Of a stretch of 64,000 nt of DNA, positions 1 to 12,349 are shown one piece after another (positions within the stretch are counted from its first letter, which is position 1; the number at the start of each line of letters is the position of its first letter). Under the pieces are notes generated by a model. It made no database searches. It saw only the letters and a list, made by a program, of their open reading frames with translations, and was not told the origin of the DNA. The position numbers and the translations under genes were made by a program. Source of the stretch: Hypanus sabinus (lineage: Eukaryota); NCBI RefSeq assembly GCF_030144855.1, contig NC_082731.1:28830001-28894000 (forward strand). The letters run 5' to 3'.

Positions 1-444
1 ACGAGGGGCCGTTTACGGTGCTCCGGAACAACGGGTCCACGTTCGTGCTGGACGTTGGGGGGAAGGAGGAGGTTTTCACGGTGGACCGCCTCAAGCCGGC
101 CCATGTGGACCTGGCGCAACCGGCCGAGTTTCCGGCGCCTCGGCGCAGAGGCCGACCTCCCAAGCAGGTTCTGGCCCAGGCTGTGGACATTGGGGGGTGT
201 ATCGCCGGTTCTGGGGGGGGGGGGGGGTTATGTAGCGCCTCATTTCCTAGCGTATCCGAACCGACTCACAATTAGATAGCCTACGGGGGTTTGCGAGCAC
301 AGAGCTTTGGAGCCTCTTCGCCATGGGGGGCCGGTTGACAGAGGCTTAAAAGTGAGGCTGAAGTTTTCGAATAAAGTTTTTCCTTCGACTGCAGTTACCG
401 ACTCCGTGTCGTAATTTTAGCGCTGCTTGTAGCACACCGCTACA
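1..444 (+). mobile_element. 3' end of a Gypsy LTR retrotransposon: integrase C-terminus, polypurine tract and 3' LTR (231-444)
   Basis: Translation EGPFTVLRNNGSTFVLDVGGKEEVFTVDRLKPAH is typical of the Gypsy integrase tail. A G-run PPT precedes TGTAGCG at 231; the LTR ends CGCTACA at 444 (7-bp terminal inverted repeat); AATAAA at 370-375. Confidence 0.85.
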
Positions 445-992
445 ATATCATTATATGTACTAACATGAACACTTAATGGAAACAATTCACTTTTATTCAA
501 GTTAAGTTTATATCCTGAAAACTTACCAAAATCTTTAAGTGTTCCCAAAAGATTAGGAATTGATTCCTCAAGATTTGAAATAAAAACCAAAAGATCATCT
601 GCATAAAGAGAAATCTTAGGTATGGTTCCATTCATAGAGATACCATGAATATTTTTAGCTTCACATAATGTTAGAGCTAAAGGCTCCAAGTCAAGATTAA
701 ATAATAAAGAACTTCGTGGGCATTCCTGTCTAGTGCCACGAGAAAGTGAGAAAAAAGAAGACTGGCAGCTATTAGTAATGACTATGGCAAAAGGATTCTT
801 ATAAATCATTTGAATCCATCTATTGAAATCATTACCAAAATCAAATTTTTCTAATACTTTAAACAAATATGGCCACTCAACTCTATCAAATGCCTTTTCT
901 GCATCAAGAGAGATAACACATTGAGGTTGCTTAGATAATGAATATATAATGTTCATCAATCTCCGAACATTAGAGAAAGAATAAAGGCCTTT
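445..992 (-). mobile_element. L1-clade (fish-type LINE-1) ORF2 reverse-transcriptase fragment
   Basis: Motifs SLDAEKAFDRVEW, RGTRQ.CP.S.LLF, LYADD and FSGYKLNLNKSE in ORF 417..1007. Confidence 0.9.
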
Positions 993-3900
993 ATGGGTGC
1001 CCTGCAATCCTCAAGTCATGTCCTCTCGTACTAGACTCCCCCACCATGGGAAACAACTTTGCCACATCCACTCTGTCCATGCCTTTCAATATTCGAAATG
1101 CTTCTGAGGTCCCCACTCATTCTTTTAAACTCCAAGGAGTACAGTCCAAGAGCGGTCAAACGTTCCTCATTTGTTATCCCTCTCATTCCCGGAATCATTC
1201 TAGTGAATCTTCTCTGAACCCTCTCCAACGTCAGCACATCTTTTCTTAAATAAGGAGCCCAAAACTGCACACAGTGTTCCAAGTGAGGACTCACCAGTGC
1301 CTTATAGAGCCTCAACATCACATCCCTGCTCCTGTACTCTATTCCCCTAGAAATGAATGCCAACATTGCATTCACCTTCTTCACCACCGACTCAACCTGG
1401 AGGTTAACCTTAAGGGTATCCTGCATGAGAACTCCCAAGTCCCGTTGCATCTCAGAACTTTGAATTCTCTCCCCATTTAAATAATAGTCTGCCCATTTAT
1501 TTCTTCTACCAAAGTGCATGACCGTATATTTTCTGTTATTGTAATTCATTTGCCACTTCTTTGCCCATTCCCCCAATCTATCCAAGGCACTCTGCAGACT
1601 CTCTGTTTCCTCAACACTCTGGCCCCTGCACCTATCTTTGTATCATCAGCAAACTTAGCCACAAAGCCATCTATTCCATAATCCAAATTGTTGATATACA
1701 ACGGAAAAAGAAGCGGCCCCAACACGGACCCCTGCGGAACACCACTGGTAACCGGCAGCCAACCAGAATGGGATCCCTTCTTTCCCACTCTCTGTTTCCT
1801 GCCAATCAACCAACAGTCTATCCACGTATGAGACTTTCCTGTAATTCCATGGGCTCTTATCTTGTTTAGCAGCCTCATGTGCAGCACCTTGTCAAAGGCT
1901 TCTGAGAATCCAAATACACAACATCCAGTACATCTCCCTTGTCTAGCTTATCTGTTATTTCCTCAAAAAATTGCACTAGGTTTGTCAGGCAGGATTTTCC
2001 TTCAAGGAAACCATGCTGAGTTCTGCCTATATTGTCATATGTCTCCAGCTACTCTGTAACTTCATCCTTGACAATCGACTCCAACAACTTCCCAACCACC
2101 GATGTCAAGCTAACAGGTCTATAATTTCCTTTTTGCTTCCTTGCTCCCTTCTTAAATAGCGGAGTGACATTTACAATCTTCCAGTCCTCTTGACCCAGGC
2201 CAGAATCTATCAACTTTTGAAAGATCATTGCTAATGCCTCCGCAATCTCCACTGCTACTCCTTCAGAACGCGAGAGTGCATTCCATCTGGTCCAGGAGAT
2301 TTATCTATCCTTACATTATTCAGCTTCCTGAGTACTTTCTCTGTTGTAATTGTAACTGCACATATTTCTCTTCACTGTCACCATTGTATGTCTGGTATAT
2401 TGCTGAAGTCTTCCTCAGTGAAGACTGATGCAAATTACTCGTTCAGTTCCTCCGCCTTCTCCTTATCTCTCATTACAATTTCTCCAGCACCATTTTCCAT
2501 CGGTCCTATATCTACTCTCAGCTGTCTTTTACTCTTTATTTTCTTGAAAAAGCTTTTAGTCTCCTCTTTGATATTATTTGCTCGCTTCCTTTCATAGTTC
2601 ACCTTTTCCCTCTTAATGACCTTCTTAGTTCCCTTTTGTAAGGTTTTAAAAACTTCCCAATTCTTTGACTTCCCACTAAGTTTTGCTTCCTTGTATGCCC
2701 TCTGCTTTGCTTTTACTTTGGCTTTGACTTCTCTTGTCAGCCACAGTTGCATCCTTTTTCCATTCGAAAATGTCTTTTTCTTTGGAAAATATCTGTTCTT
2801 GCACCTTCCTCACTGCTCGCATAAACTCCAGCCACTGCTGTTCTGCCGTCCTTCCTGTTAGTGTTCCTTTCCAGTCAACTTTGGCTAGTTCCTCTCTCAT
2901 GCCACTGTAACTTAGAAACATAGAAAATAGGTGCAGGAGTAGGCCATTCTGCCCTTCGAGCCATTCAGTATGATCATCGCTGATCATCCAACTCATAACC
3001 CTGTACCTGCTTTCTCTCCACACCCCCGATCCCTTTAGCCACAAGGGCCATATCTAACTTCATCTTAAATATAGCCAATGAACCGGCCTCAACTGTTTCC
3101 TGTGGCAGAGAATTCCACAGATTCACCACTCTCTGTGTGAAGAAGTTTTTCCTCATCTCGGTCCTAAAAGGCTTCCCCTTTATCCTTAAACTGTGACCTC
3201 TCGTTCTGGACTTCTCCAACATTGGAAACAATCTTCCTGCATCTAGCCTGTCCAATCCCTTTAGAATTTTATACGTTTCAATAAGATCCCCCCTCAATTT
3301 TCTAAATTCCAGTGAGTATAAGCCTAGTTGATCCATTCTTTCTTCATATGAAAGTCCTGCCATCCCAGGAATCAATCTGGTGAACCTTCTTTGTATTCCC
3401 TCTATGGCAAGAATGTCTTTCCTCAGATTAAGGGACCAAAACTGCACACAATACATTACGTGCTCTCTCACCAAGGCCTTGTACAACTGCAGTAGGACCT
3501 CCCTGCTCCTGTACTCAAATCCTTTTGCTTTGAATGCCAACATAACATTTGCCTTTTTCACCGCCTGCTGTACCTGCATGCCCACCTTCAATGACTGGTC
3601 TACAATGACACCCAGGTCTTGTTGCACCTCCCCTTTTCCTAATCAGCCACCATTCAGATAGGAATCTGTTTTCCTGTTCTTTCAACCAAAGTGGATAACC
3701 TCACATTTATCCACATTAAATTGCATCTGTCATGAATTTGCCCACTGGCTTAAACTATCCAAGTCAACCTGCATCCTCTTAGCATCCTCCTCACAGCTAA
3801 CACCGCTGCCCAGCTTCGTGTCATCCACAAACTTGAAAATGCTGCATTTAATTCCCTCGTCTAAATCATTAATATATATTGTAAACAACTGGGGTCCCAG

Positions 3901-4755
3901 CACTGAGCCTTGTGGTGCCCCACTAGTCACTGCCTGCCATTCTGAAAAGGTCCCATTTACTCCCATTCTTTGCTTCCTGCCTGCCAACCATATTTCCTTT
4001 ACTTCACTGAAATACCGACACATTGGATTTCGGCTTCCTTCTCAAATTTCACAGTGAACTCAATCCATTGATACCTCCATATTACTATCCATTCTATACC
4101 TCAGATATAATTATCCCTCCATCCTTCTCACATTTTGTTTTAATGTATGAAGTCGAATGTGTTTTAAGATTTGATAACCAATTATAAATGTTTGAAATGA
4201 TTCTACTACCGTTATCTGAATTATATGCTTTTCTAAATAGCTCTATCAAGCATGTACTTGCCTTGGTTACATTTTTAAGTGTCTTATTAACATATTGTCG
4301 CATCTGTAAATATCAATAAATATCTTGTTTTTCTAATAAGTGTTTCTCTTGAAATCAATCATGTTGTGATCACTGCCTCCTAAGGGTTCTTTCACTTCCA
4401 TCTCTCTAATTACCTCTGGTTCATTATACAATACCCAATCCAGTACAGACGATCCCCTCATGGGCTCAACAGCAAGCTGTTCTAAAAAGCCATCTTGTAG
4501 ACATTCTACAAATTCTCTCACTTGAGATCCAGTGGCGACCTGATTTTCCCAATCCACTCACATGTTAAAATCCCCTACAATTATCATAACACTGCCCTTC
4601 TGAAAAGCTTTTTCTATTTCCTGTTGTAATTCGTAGTCCACATCACTGCAGCTATTTGGAGGCCTGTAGATAACTGCCATCAGAGTCCTTTTACCCCTGC
4701 GATTTCTTAGCTCAACCCATAAAGATTGTGTACCTTCCGATCCTATGTCAACTCT
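993..4755 (-). mobile_element. Degenerate CR1-type LINE ORF2, interrupted by a second CR1 3' fragment (~2913-3990) and a 287-bp L1 piece (4064-4350)
   Basis: CR1 RT motifs GVPQGSVLGPLLF, FADDTK and YKALV.PHLE.CVQFW; endonuclease DHNMI motif; microsatellite-like tail of the nested copy near 2913. Confidence 0.85.
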
Positions 4756-6105
4756 TTCTTTTTTTTTTGTAATTTATTTTTTATTGAAGTTCATCAAACA
4801 AACATTTCCATAAGATGTATTTCAGACATTGTCCATATATATCATATAATCAAATATATCACAAATCTCCACAAAGTATTATATCTGAGGGATACACTTA
4901 TAGAAAAGAGCAGAAAGAGAAAACAAGCAAAAGGAAAAAAAACTATGTACAAGTAGGGAGTGATCTTTTTTTTACAACATATTCATTGATATGTGAGAAT
5001 AAAATCAGGCCTATGAAGCATTATGTACATAAACCATTTTCCCAGTACGAATCAAATTGTTCCAGGTTATGATTAACAGATGTTGTTATCTTCTCCATTT
5101 TGTAAATGTCCATTGTAATTTCCATCCATGTACTTAAAGTTGGGCTCTCCTGTGATAACCATTTCCCAGTAAGAGTCTTTTTAACCAGCCACTAACAGTA
5201 TATTCATTAAATATTTATCTCTTTTCAACCATTCTTAAGGTATATATCCAAAATATATGGTCTTACTCTCTAAGGGTATTTCACATTTAAAGATGTCTTG
5301 TAGGGCATTGTCTATCCCCCTCCAATAGTTTTTGATAACAGGGCAGTCCCAAAAAAAATAATAATGATTTACATTTTGATTTTCACAATTTCTCCAGCAA
5401 ACAGGGAGGTTACTATCATAATGGGATTTCTGAGAGGTGTAATAAAATAGCTTATCAAGTTTTTCCATCCAAACTCCCTCCATTTCTGTGAACTGGTACA
5501 CTTCCATTGATACCTCCATATTATTATCCATTCTATACCTCAGATATAATTATCCCTCCGTCCTTCTCACATTTTGTTTTAATGTATGAAGTCGAATGTG
5601 TTTTAAGATTTGATAACCCCTTATACATGCCTGAAATGATTCTACTACCGTTATCTGAATTATATGCTTTTCTAAATAGCTCTATCAAGCATGTACTTGC
5701 CTTGGTTACATTTTTAAGTGTCTTATTAACATATTGTCGCATCTGTAAATATCAATAAAAATTTTGTTTTTCTAATAAGTGTTTCTCTTTAAGCATTTCA
5801 AAACTGAACAGTGTTCCTTCTTTCATTATGTTGCAAAGAATTGTTATTCCTTTAACTGTCCAGTCCTTAAATCTAGCATCCAATTTATTTGATGTAAAAT
5901 CTGAGTCATATGCACACCACTTAATAATTGCAATATCTCCCTCTAGATTATATTCTTTTATAGTACTTTTCCAAATTTTAAGTCAATTTCACCCTTGGAT
6001 TATCAATAGTATTTATGTACCTTTGCAGGTTGTTATCAGCCAAATTTGCTTGTATGGGGATGGGAAGTACCCACTCCTCAATGTTTTTCCATTGAGCGTC
6101 ATATG
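4756..6105 (-). mobile_element. L1-clade LINE 3' portion (ORF2 C-terminus, 3' UTR, A-rich tail)
   Basis: T-rich tail on the plus strand at ~4756-4780; ORF2 C-terminal Cys/His region (CWRNC..HY.FWDCP). Confidence 0.8.
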
Positions 6106-6176
6106 ATGGGTTGCACCAACATATCACAGCTCTCATCTGTGCTGCAAAATATTAATCTCTAAAGAGCAAAGGAATC

Positions 6177-9100
6177 TCGGAGAGAAGTTTTTTTACACTG
6201 CTCGGGGAAAAGAGGCTTGACCACAGGCGTGTGACATGGAACGCCAAAGGTTTAAAAGAAGACCACCATATACAGTGGACAGCGGAGTGAGAGGGAGCAG
6301 AGTGGGATGGCTTTGGCTCAACAGGCTTCGGTGTGAACAGACAGAGGCGAGGGTAGGTTCCGGTAAGTTTTGTTTTGTTTATTTAGAGTAGAGAGAATGC
6401 CAGGCAGGATGTTGGAATGCTCCTCTTGCAGGATGTGGGTAGTCAGGGAGACCTCCGGTGTCCCTGACAACGACACCTGCTAGAAGTGCATCCAGCTGCA
6501 GCTCCTAACAAACTGCATTAGAGAACTAGAGCAGGAGCTGGATGACCTCCGGATCATTCAGGAGAATGAGGAGTTTACAGATAATAGTTTCAGTGAGGTA
6601 GTTATGCAAAAGGAGCAACGCACAGGTAATTGGGTTACCGTCAGGTGAGGGAAGGGGAAAGGGAAGGCAGAGCAGGGATCCCCTGTGGCCATTCCCCTCA
6701 ACAACAAGTATACTGATTTGGATACTGTTGGGGGGATGACTTACCTGGGACAAGCTGCAGCAGCCAGATCTCTGGCACTGCGTCTAGTTCTACAGTGCAG
6801 AAGGGAAGGTGGAAGAAGAGGAGAGTGGTAGTGATAGGGGACTCGATAGTTAGAGCACAGACAGGAGGTTCTGTGGTCATGACAGACTCCCGGATGGTTT
6901 GTTGCCTCCCGGTGTCAGGGTCAGGGATGTCTCTGATCGCGTGCACAGCATTCTGAAGTGGGTGGTGTCATGGTACACATTTGTACAAATGACATAGGAA
7001 GAAAGAGTGAGGAGGTCCTGAAGAGTGAGTATAGAGAGCTCAATAGGAAGTTAAAAAGCAGGACCTCGAGGATGGTAATCTCAGGATTGCTACCTGTGCC
7101 ATGTGCCAGTGAGGGTAAGTATAGGATGCTCTGGTGGATGAACACCTGGCTGAGGAACTGGTGTAGTGTGCAGAGTTTCAGATTTCAGGATCATTGGGAC
7201 CTGTTCTAGGGCAGGTGGGACATGTACAAGAGAGTTAGGTTACACCTGAACTACAAGGGGACTAATATCCTTGCAGGGAGGTTTGTTAGTGCTATTAGGG
7301 AGGGTTTAAAGGGGGATTTGCAGGGGGATGGGTGGGAACCAGAGTGCCAGAGTAGATAGTGGAGTGGGGGTGAAAATAGAAGATTATAACCACCATACAC
7401 AATCCTTCTATTTGTCACTTTGCATGAACTTTTAACCTCATTTATTTTCACCCCCACTCCACTATCTGTCTATTTCAAGGCGAGGAGTATTGTGGGGAAG
7501 GCTGGTGAGCTGAGGCCGTGGATTGACAGACGGAATTACAACATTATAGCCATTAGTGAAACTTGGGTACAGGAGGGGCAGGACTGGCAGCTTAATGTTC
7601 CAGGGTTCCGATGTTTCAGACATGATAGAGGCAGAGGAATGAAGGGTGGAGGGGGTTGGCATTGCTAGTCAGGGAAAATGTTACAGCAGTGCTCAGGCAG
7701 GACAGATTAGAGGGCTTGTCTACTGAGGCCAAATGGGTGGAGCTGAGAAACTGGAAAGGTATGACCACTTTAATGGGGTTGTATTATAGACCATCCAATA
7801 GTCAGTGAGAACTGGAGGAGCAAACTGCAGAGAGATAGCAGACGACTGCAGGAAGCATAATGTTGTGATAGCAGGGGATTTTAATTTTCCACATATTGAT
7901 TGGGACTCTTATACTGTTATAGACAAGTTACAGTTCGTAAAATGTATTTCAGGGAAGTTTTCTAGATCAATATATAGAGGTACCAACTAGAGTGGATGCA
8001 ATATTAGATATCCTATTAGGAAATGAGTTAGGACAGGTGACGGAAGTGTGTGTAGGCCGGGGAACACTTTGGTTCCAGTGATCATAACACCATTAGTTTC
8101 AATTTGATCATGGAAAAAGATAGATCTGGTCCTTGGGTTGAGAAAGGATCTAAAAAGTGTGGATTGGGACAGGTTGTTTTCTGGCAAAGATGTGATTGGT
8201 ACCAAAGTGAGAGGCCTTCAAAGGAGAAATTTTGAGAGTGCAGAGCTTGTATGTTCCTGTCTGGATTAAAGGCAAAGTGAATAAGGATAAGGAACCTTGG
8301 TTCTAAATGGATATCCGAAATCTGATAAAGAAGAAGAGAAAGATGTATGACATGTATAGGGAACAGGGAGAAAATAAAATGCTTGAGGAGTATAAAAAGT
8401 GCAAAAAGATACTTAAAAAATAGAAATTAGAAGGGCTAAAAGAAGGCATGATGTTGCTTTGGCAGTCAAGGTGAAGGATCAACCAAAGAGCTTCTACAGG
8501 TATATTAAGAGCAAAAGGATAGTAAGGGATAAATTTGGTCCTCATGAAGATCGAAGTGGTCAGCTATGTATGGAACCAAAAGAAATGGGGTAGATCTTAA
8601 ATAGGTTTTGCATCTGTATTTACTAAGTAAACTAGCATGGAGACAATGGAAATAAGGCAAACAGATAGTGAGGTCATGGAGCCTACACAGATTGAAAAGG
8701 AGGAGGTGCTTGCTATCTTGAGGCAAATCAGAGTAGATAAATCCACAGAACCTGACAGGGTATTCCCTCGGACCTTGAAGGAGACAAGTGTTGAAATTGC
8801 AGGGGCCCTGGCAGATATATTTAAAATGTCGGTATCTACGGGTGAGGTGCCGGAGGATTGGAGGACAGCTCATGTTCTTCCATTGTTTAAAACTGCTCCA
8901 AAAGTAATCTGGGAAATTATAAACCATTACGTTTGATGTCGGTAGTAGGTAAATTATTGGAAGGAGTACTAAGAGATAGGATCGACAAGTATTTGGATAG
9001 ACAAGGACTTATTAAGGAGAGTCAACATGGCTTTGTGCATGGTAGTTCATGCTTAACAACTCTATTAGAGTTTTTCCAGGAGGTTACCAGGAAAATGGAT

Positions 9101-10312
9101 GAAGGGAAGGCAGTGCATGTTGTCTACATGGATTTCAGTAAGGCATTTGTCAGGGTCCCGCTTGGGAGGTTAGTTAGGAAGATTCAGTCACTAGATATAT
9201 ATGGTGAGGTAGTAAATTGTATTAGACATTGGCTCAGTGGGAGAAGTCAGAGGGTGTGAGTTGAGGATTGCTTCTCTGAGTGGAGGCCAATGACTAGTGG
9301 TGTGCCACAGGGATCGGTGCTGGGTCCATTGTTATTTGTCATCTCCGTTTGTATATCAATGATCTGGATGATAATGTGGTAAATTGGATCAGCAAATTTG
9401 CAGATGATACAAAGACTGGAGGGGTAGTGGACAGTGAGGAAGGTTTTTAAAGCTTGCAGGGGGATTTGGACCAGCTGGGAAAATTGGGCTGAAAAATGGC
9501 AGATGGTTTAATACAGACAAGTGTGAGGTATTGCACTTCAGAGGGACAAACCAAGGTAGAACATACAAGGTAAATGGTAGGGCACTAAGGAGTGCAGTAG
9601 AACAGAGAGATTTGGAAATACAGAGAAAAAAATTCTCTAAAAGAGGCATCACAAGTAGATAGGGTAGTAAAGAGAACTTTTGGTACATCAGCCTTTTTAA
9701 AGCAAAGTATTGAGTATAAGTGTTGGAATGTTATGGTGAGATTGTATAAAGCATTGGTGAGACCGAATTTGGAGCATTGTGTGCAATTTTTGTCACCAAA
9801 TTACAGGAAGGATACTAATAAGGTTGAAAGAGTGCAGAGAAGTTTTACAAGGATATTTCCGGGACTTGAGAAACTGAGTTACAGAGAAAGTTTGAATAGG
9901 TAAGGACTTTATTCCCTGGAGCGTAGAAGAATGAGGGGAGACTTGATAGAGGTATATAAAATTATGATGGGTAGAGATAGAGTGAATGCAAGCAGGCTTT
10001 TTCCACAGAGGTTAGGGGAGAAAAAAACCCAGAGGATATGGGTTAAGGGTGAAGGGGGAAAGTTTAAAGGGAACATGGGGGTGCGGTGGTGGAGCTTCTT
10101 CACACAGAGAGTGGTGAGTGTGTGGAATTAGCTGCCAGATGACGTGGTAAATGCATGCTCAGTTTTAACATTTAAGAAAAACTTGGACAGGTACATGGAC
10201 GAGATGTGTATGGAGGGATATGGTCCAGGTGCAGGTCAGTGGGAATAGGCAGAAAAATGGTTCAGTACAGCCAAGAAGAGCTAAAAGGCCTGTTTCTGTT
10301 CTATGGTTCTAT
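6177..10312 (+). mobile_element. Near full-length degenerate CR1 LINE (ORF1 zinc-finger/SGNH esterase, ORF2 APE-RT, tail TTCTATGGTTCTAT)
   Basis: ORF1-like C-x2-C and VIGDSIV motifs (~6400-7330); ORF2 IIAISETW, GDFNFP, GPDRVFPR and YMDFSKAF motifs; many stops and frameshifts. Confidence 0.85.
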
Positions 10313-11415
10313 GCTGCTAAACAAGATAAGAGCCCATGGAATTACAGGAAAGGCTCATACGTGGATAGACTGTTGGTTGATTGGCAGGAAACAGAGAGTG
10401 GGAAAGAAGGGATCCCATTCTGGTTGGCTGCCGGTTACCAGTGGTGTTCCGCAGGGGTCCGTGTTGGGGCCGCTTCTTTTTCCGTTGTATATCAACAATT
10501 TGGATTATGGAATAGATGGCTTTGTGGCTAAGTTTGCTGATGATACAAAGATAGGTGCAGGGGCCGGTGTGTTGAGGAAACAGAGAGTCTGCAGAGTGCC
10601 TTGGATAGATTGGGGGAATGGGCAAAGAAGTGGCAAATGAATTACAATAACAGAAAATATACGGTCATGCACTTTGGTAGAAGAAATAAATGGGCAGACT
10701 ATTATTTAAATGGGGAGAGAATTCAAAGTTCTGAGATGCAACGGGACTTGGGAGTTCTCATGCAGGATACCCTTAAGGTTAACCTCCAGGTTGAGTCAGT
10801 GGTGAAGAAGGCGAATGCAATGTTGGCATTCATTTCTAGGGGAATAGAGTATAGGAGCAGGGATGTGATGTTGAGGCTCTATAAGGCACTGGTGAGCCCT
10901 CACTTGGAACACTGTGTGCAGTTTTGGGCTCCTTATTTAAGAAAAGATGTGCTGACGTTGGAGAGGGTTCAGAGAAGATTCACTAGAATGATTCCGGGAA
11001 TGAGAGGGATAACATATGAGTAATGTTTGACCGCTCTTGGACTGTACTCCTTGGAGTTTAAAAGAATGAGTGGGGACCTCAGAAGCATTTCAAATGTTGA
11101 AAGGCATGGACAGAGTGGATGTGGCAAAGTTGTTTCCCATGGTGGGGGAGTCTAGTACGAAAGGACATGACTTGAGGATTGCAGGGCGCCCATTCAGAAC
11201 GGAGATGCGAAAAAATTTTTTAGCCAGATGGTGGTGAATCTGTGGAGTTTGTTGTTATGGGTGGTATCAGAGTAGTCAGGGCATCAAAGGTTATGGTGAG
11301 AAGCGGAGGGGAATGGGACTAAAGGGGAGATTGGATCAGCTCATGATGAAATGGCAGAGTAGACTCGATGGGCCAAATGGCCGACTTCTGTTCCTTTGTC
11401 TTATGGTTTTATGGG
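10313..11415 (+). mobile_element. CR1 3' fragment; 10313-11193 is an inverted near-identical copy of 993-1873
   Basis: Same translated sequence and same frameshift as ORFs 1546..1887 and 1031..1585; about 11 mismatches in 881 bp by manual comparison. Confidence 0.9.
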
Positions 11416-11543
11416 ATGCATTACACACTTGTTGTACTTGTAGACAGGTGAAGTCACTGCAGTGATGAGGGAACTAAGATGGGATGAATGGCTTCCCTCA
11501 GTTTTATCAACTCCAGACACTTCATTGTCTCATTGTCATTGTT

Positions 11544-11549
11544 TTTAAT
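11544..11549 (-). terminator. Candidate ATTAAA polyadenylation signal for the IgW membrane transcript
   Basis: ATTAAA on the minus strand, ~515 nt after the candidate TM2 stop, within non-repetitive sequence. Confidence 0.35.
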
Positions 11550-12064
11550 TAATACAATTTCAAATCATGAAATAAACTCCAGCAGAATAATGAAAGAAAT
11601 GCTACAGGCAATGATTTCCGTAATGTCTGATTTACAAAATATAACAGAAGACACCTGAGCCCACCCTCCACCACAATCACCCCCACATCAATTCTTGCTC
11701 CTTAACAATAATATCCATTTCCTCACCTCCCTCTTCTCCTTCACTAACAAAACTCCCAACCCCTGTTTCCCATTCCCAAGGCTTAATGCTGCCTTCCTCT
11801 CCTCTCTTGTATACCCCCTCCAGTGTCACATATCCTGCCATTTTCCCAAAGTCTCATCCACTGCTGTCCCTTCGCCCACCTAACCAGCTCTGTGCCCCCA
11901 TTTCCCATCTGGCATCCCAGGAGCATCTAGAGGTTTATATTCTGAAATGAGCAGTTGCAGTGCAGTAGCCTCGGATTGCCGAGTGAGTGAGATGGAGACT
12001 CCATTTCCAAACATCGCAGCCACACGGGGATTTCTTGTCTGAATGTGGGGCGTGTATCTGCTGG

Positions 12065-12076
12065 TCACTGCTGAAC
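12065..12076 (-). CDS. IgW: Candidate IgW TM2 exon (VQQ-stop; cytoplasmic tail K-V-Q-Q)
   Basis: Strong acceptor ctctcctgtctatatttcAG then GTT CAG CAG TGA, in phase 0 like the end of TM1 (AAG|gt). It resembles the KVK-type two-exon Ig tail and sits in one of the few unique-looking stretches downstream of TM1. Confidence 0.5.
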   Translation of the reverse strand, partial: VQQ

Positions 12077-12349
12077 CTGAAATATAGACAGGAGAGTATG
12101 ATATTGTGTGTGACAAGGTGCAGCACAGACCTTAACCTGTGAGGACATGTGAATGAAATAACAGACGGTCTGTCCTCATTGCACGAGATGGAATCCCATG
12201 AAGAGATGTCTGTCATTATTCTCCGAGGTCACTCCAAAACAAAAATATGAATACCAGTTCAGACCTTTAGGGTGATCCACCGTTGGGCTAATGTTTCAGT
12301 TCCTGAGTAAAACCATAATATAAGGTATAGGAGCAGAATTATGCTATTT

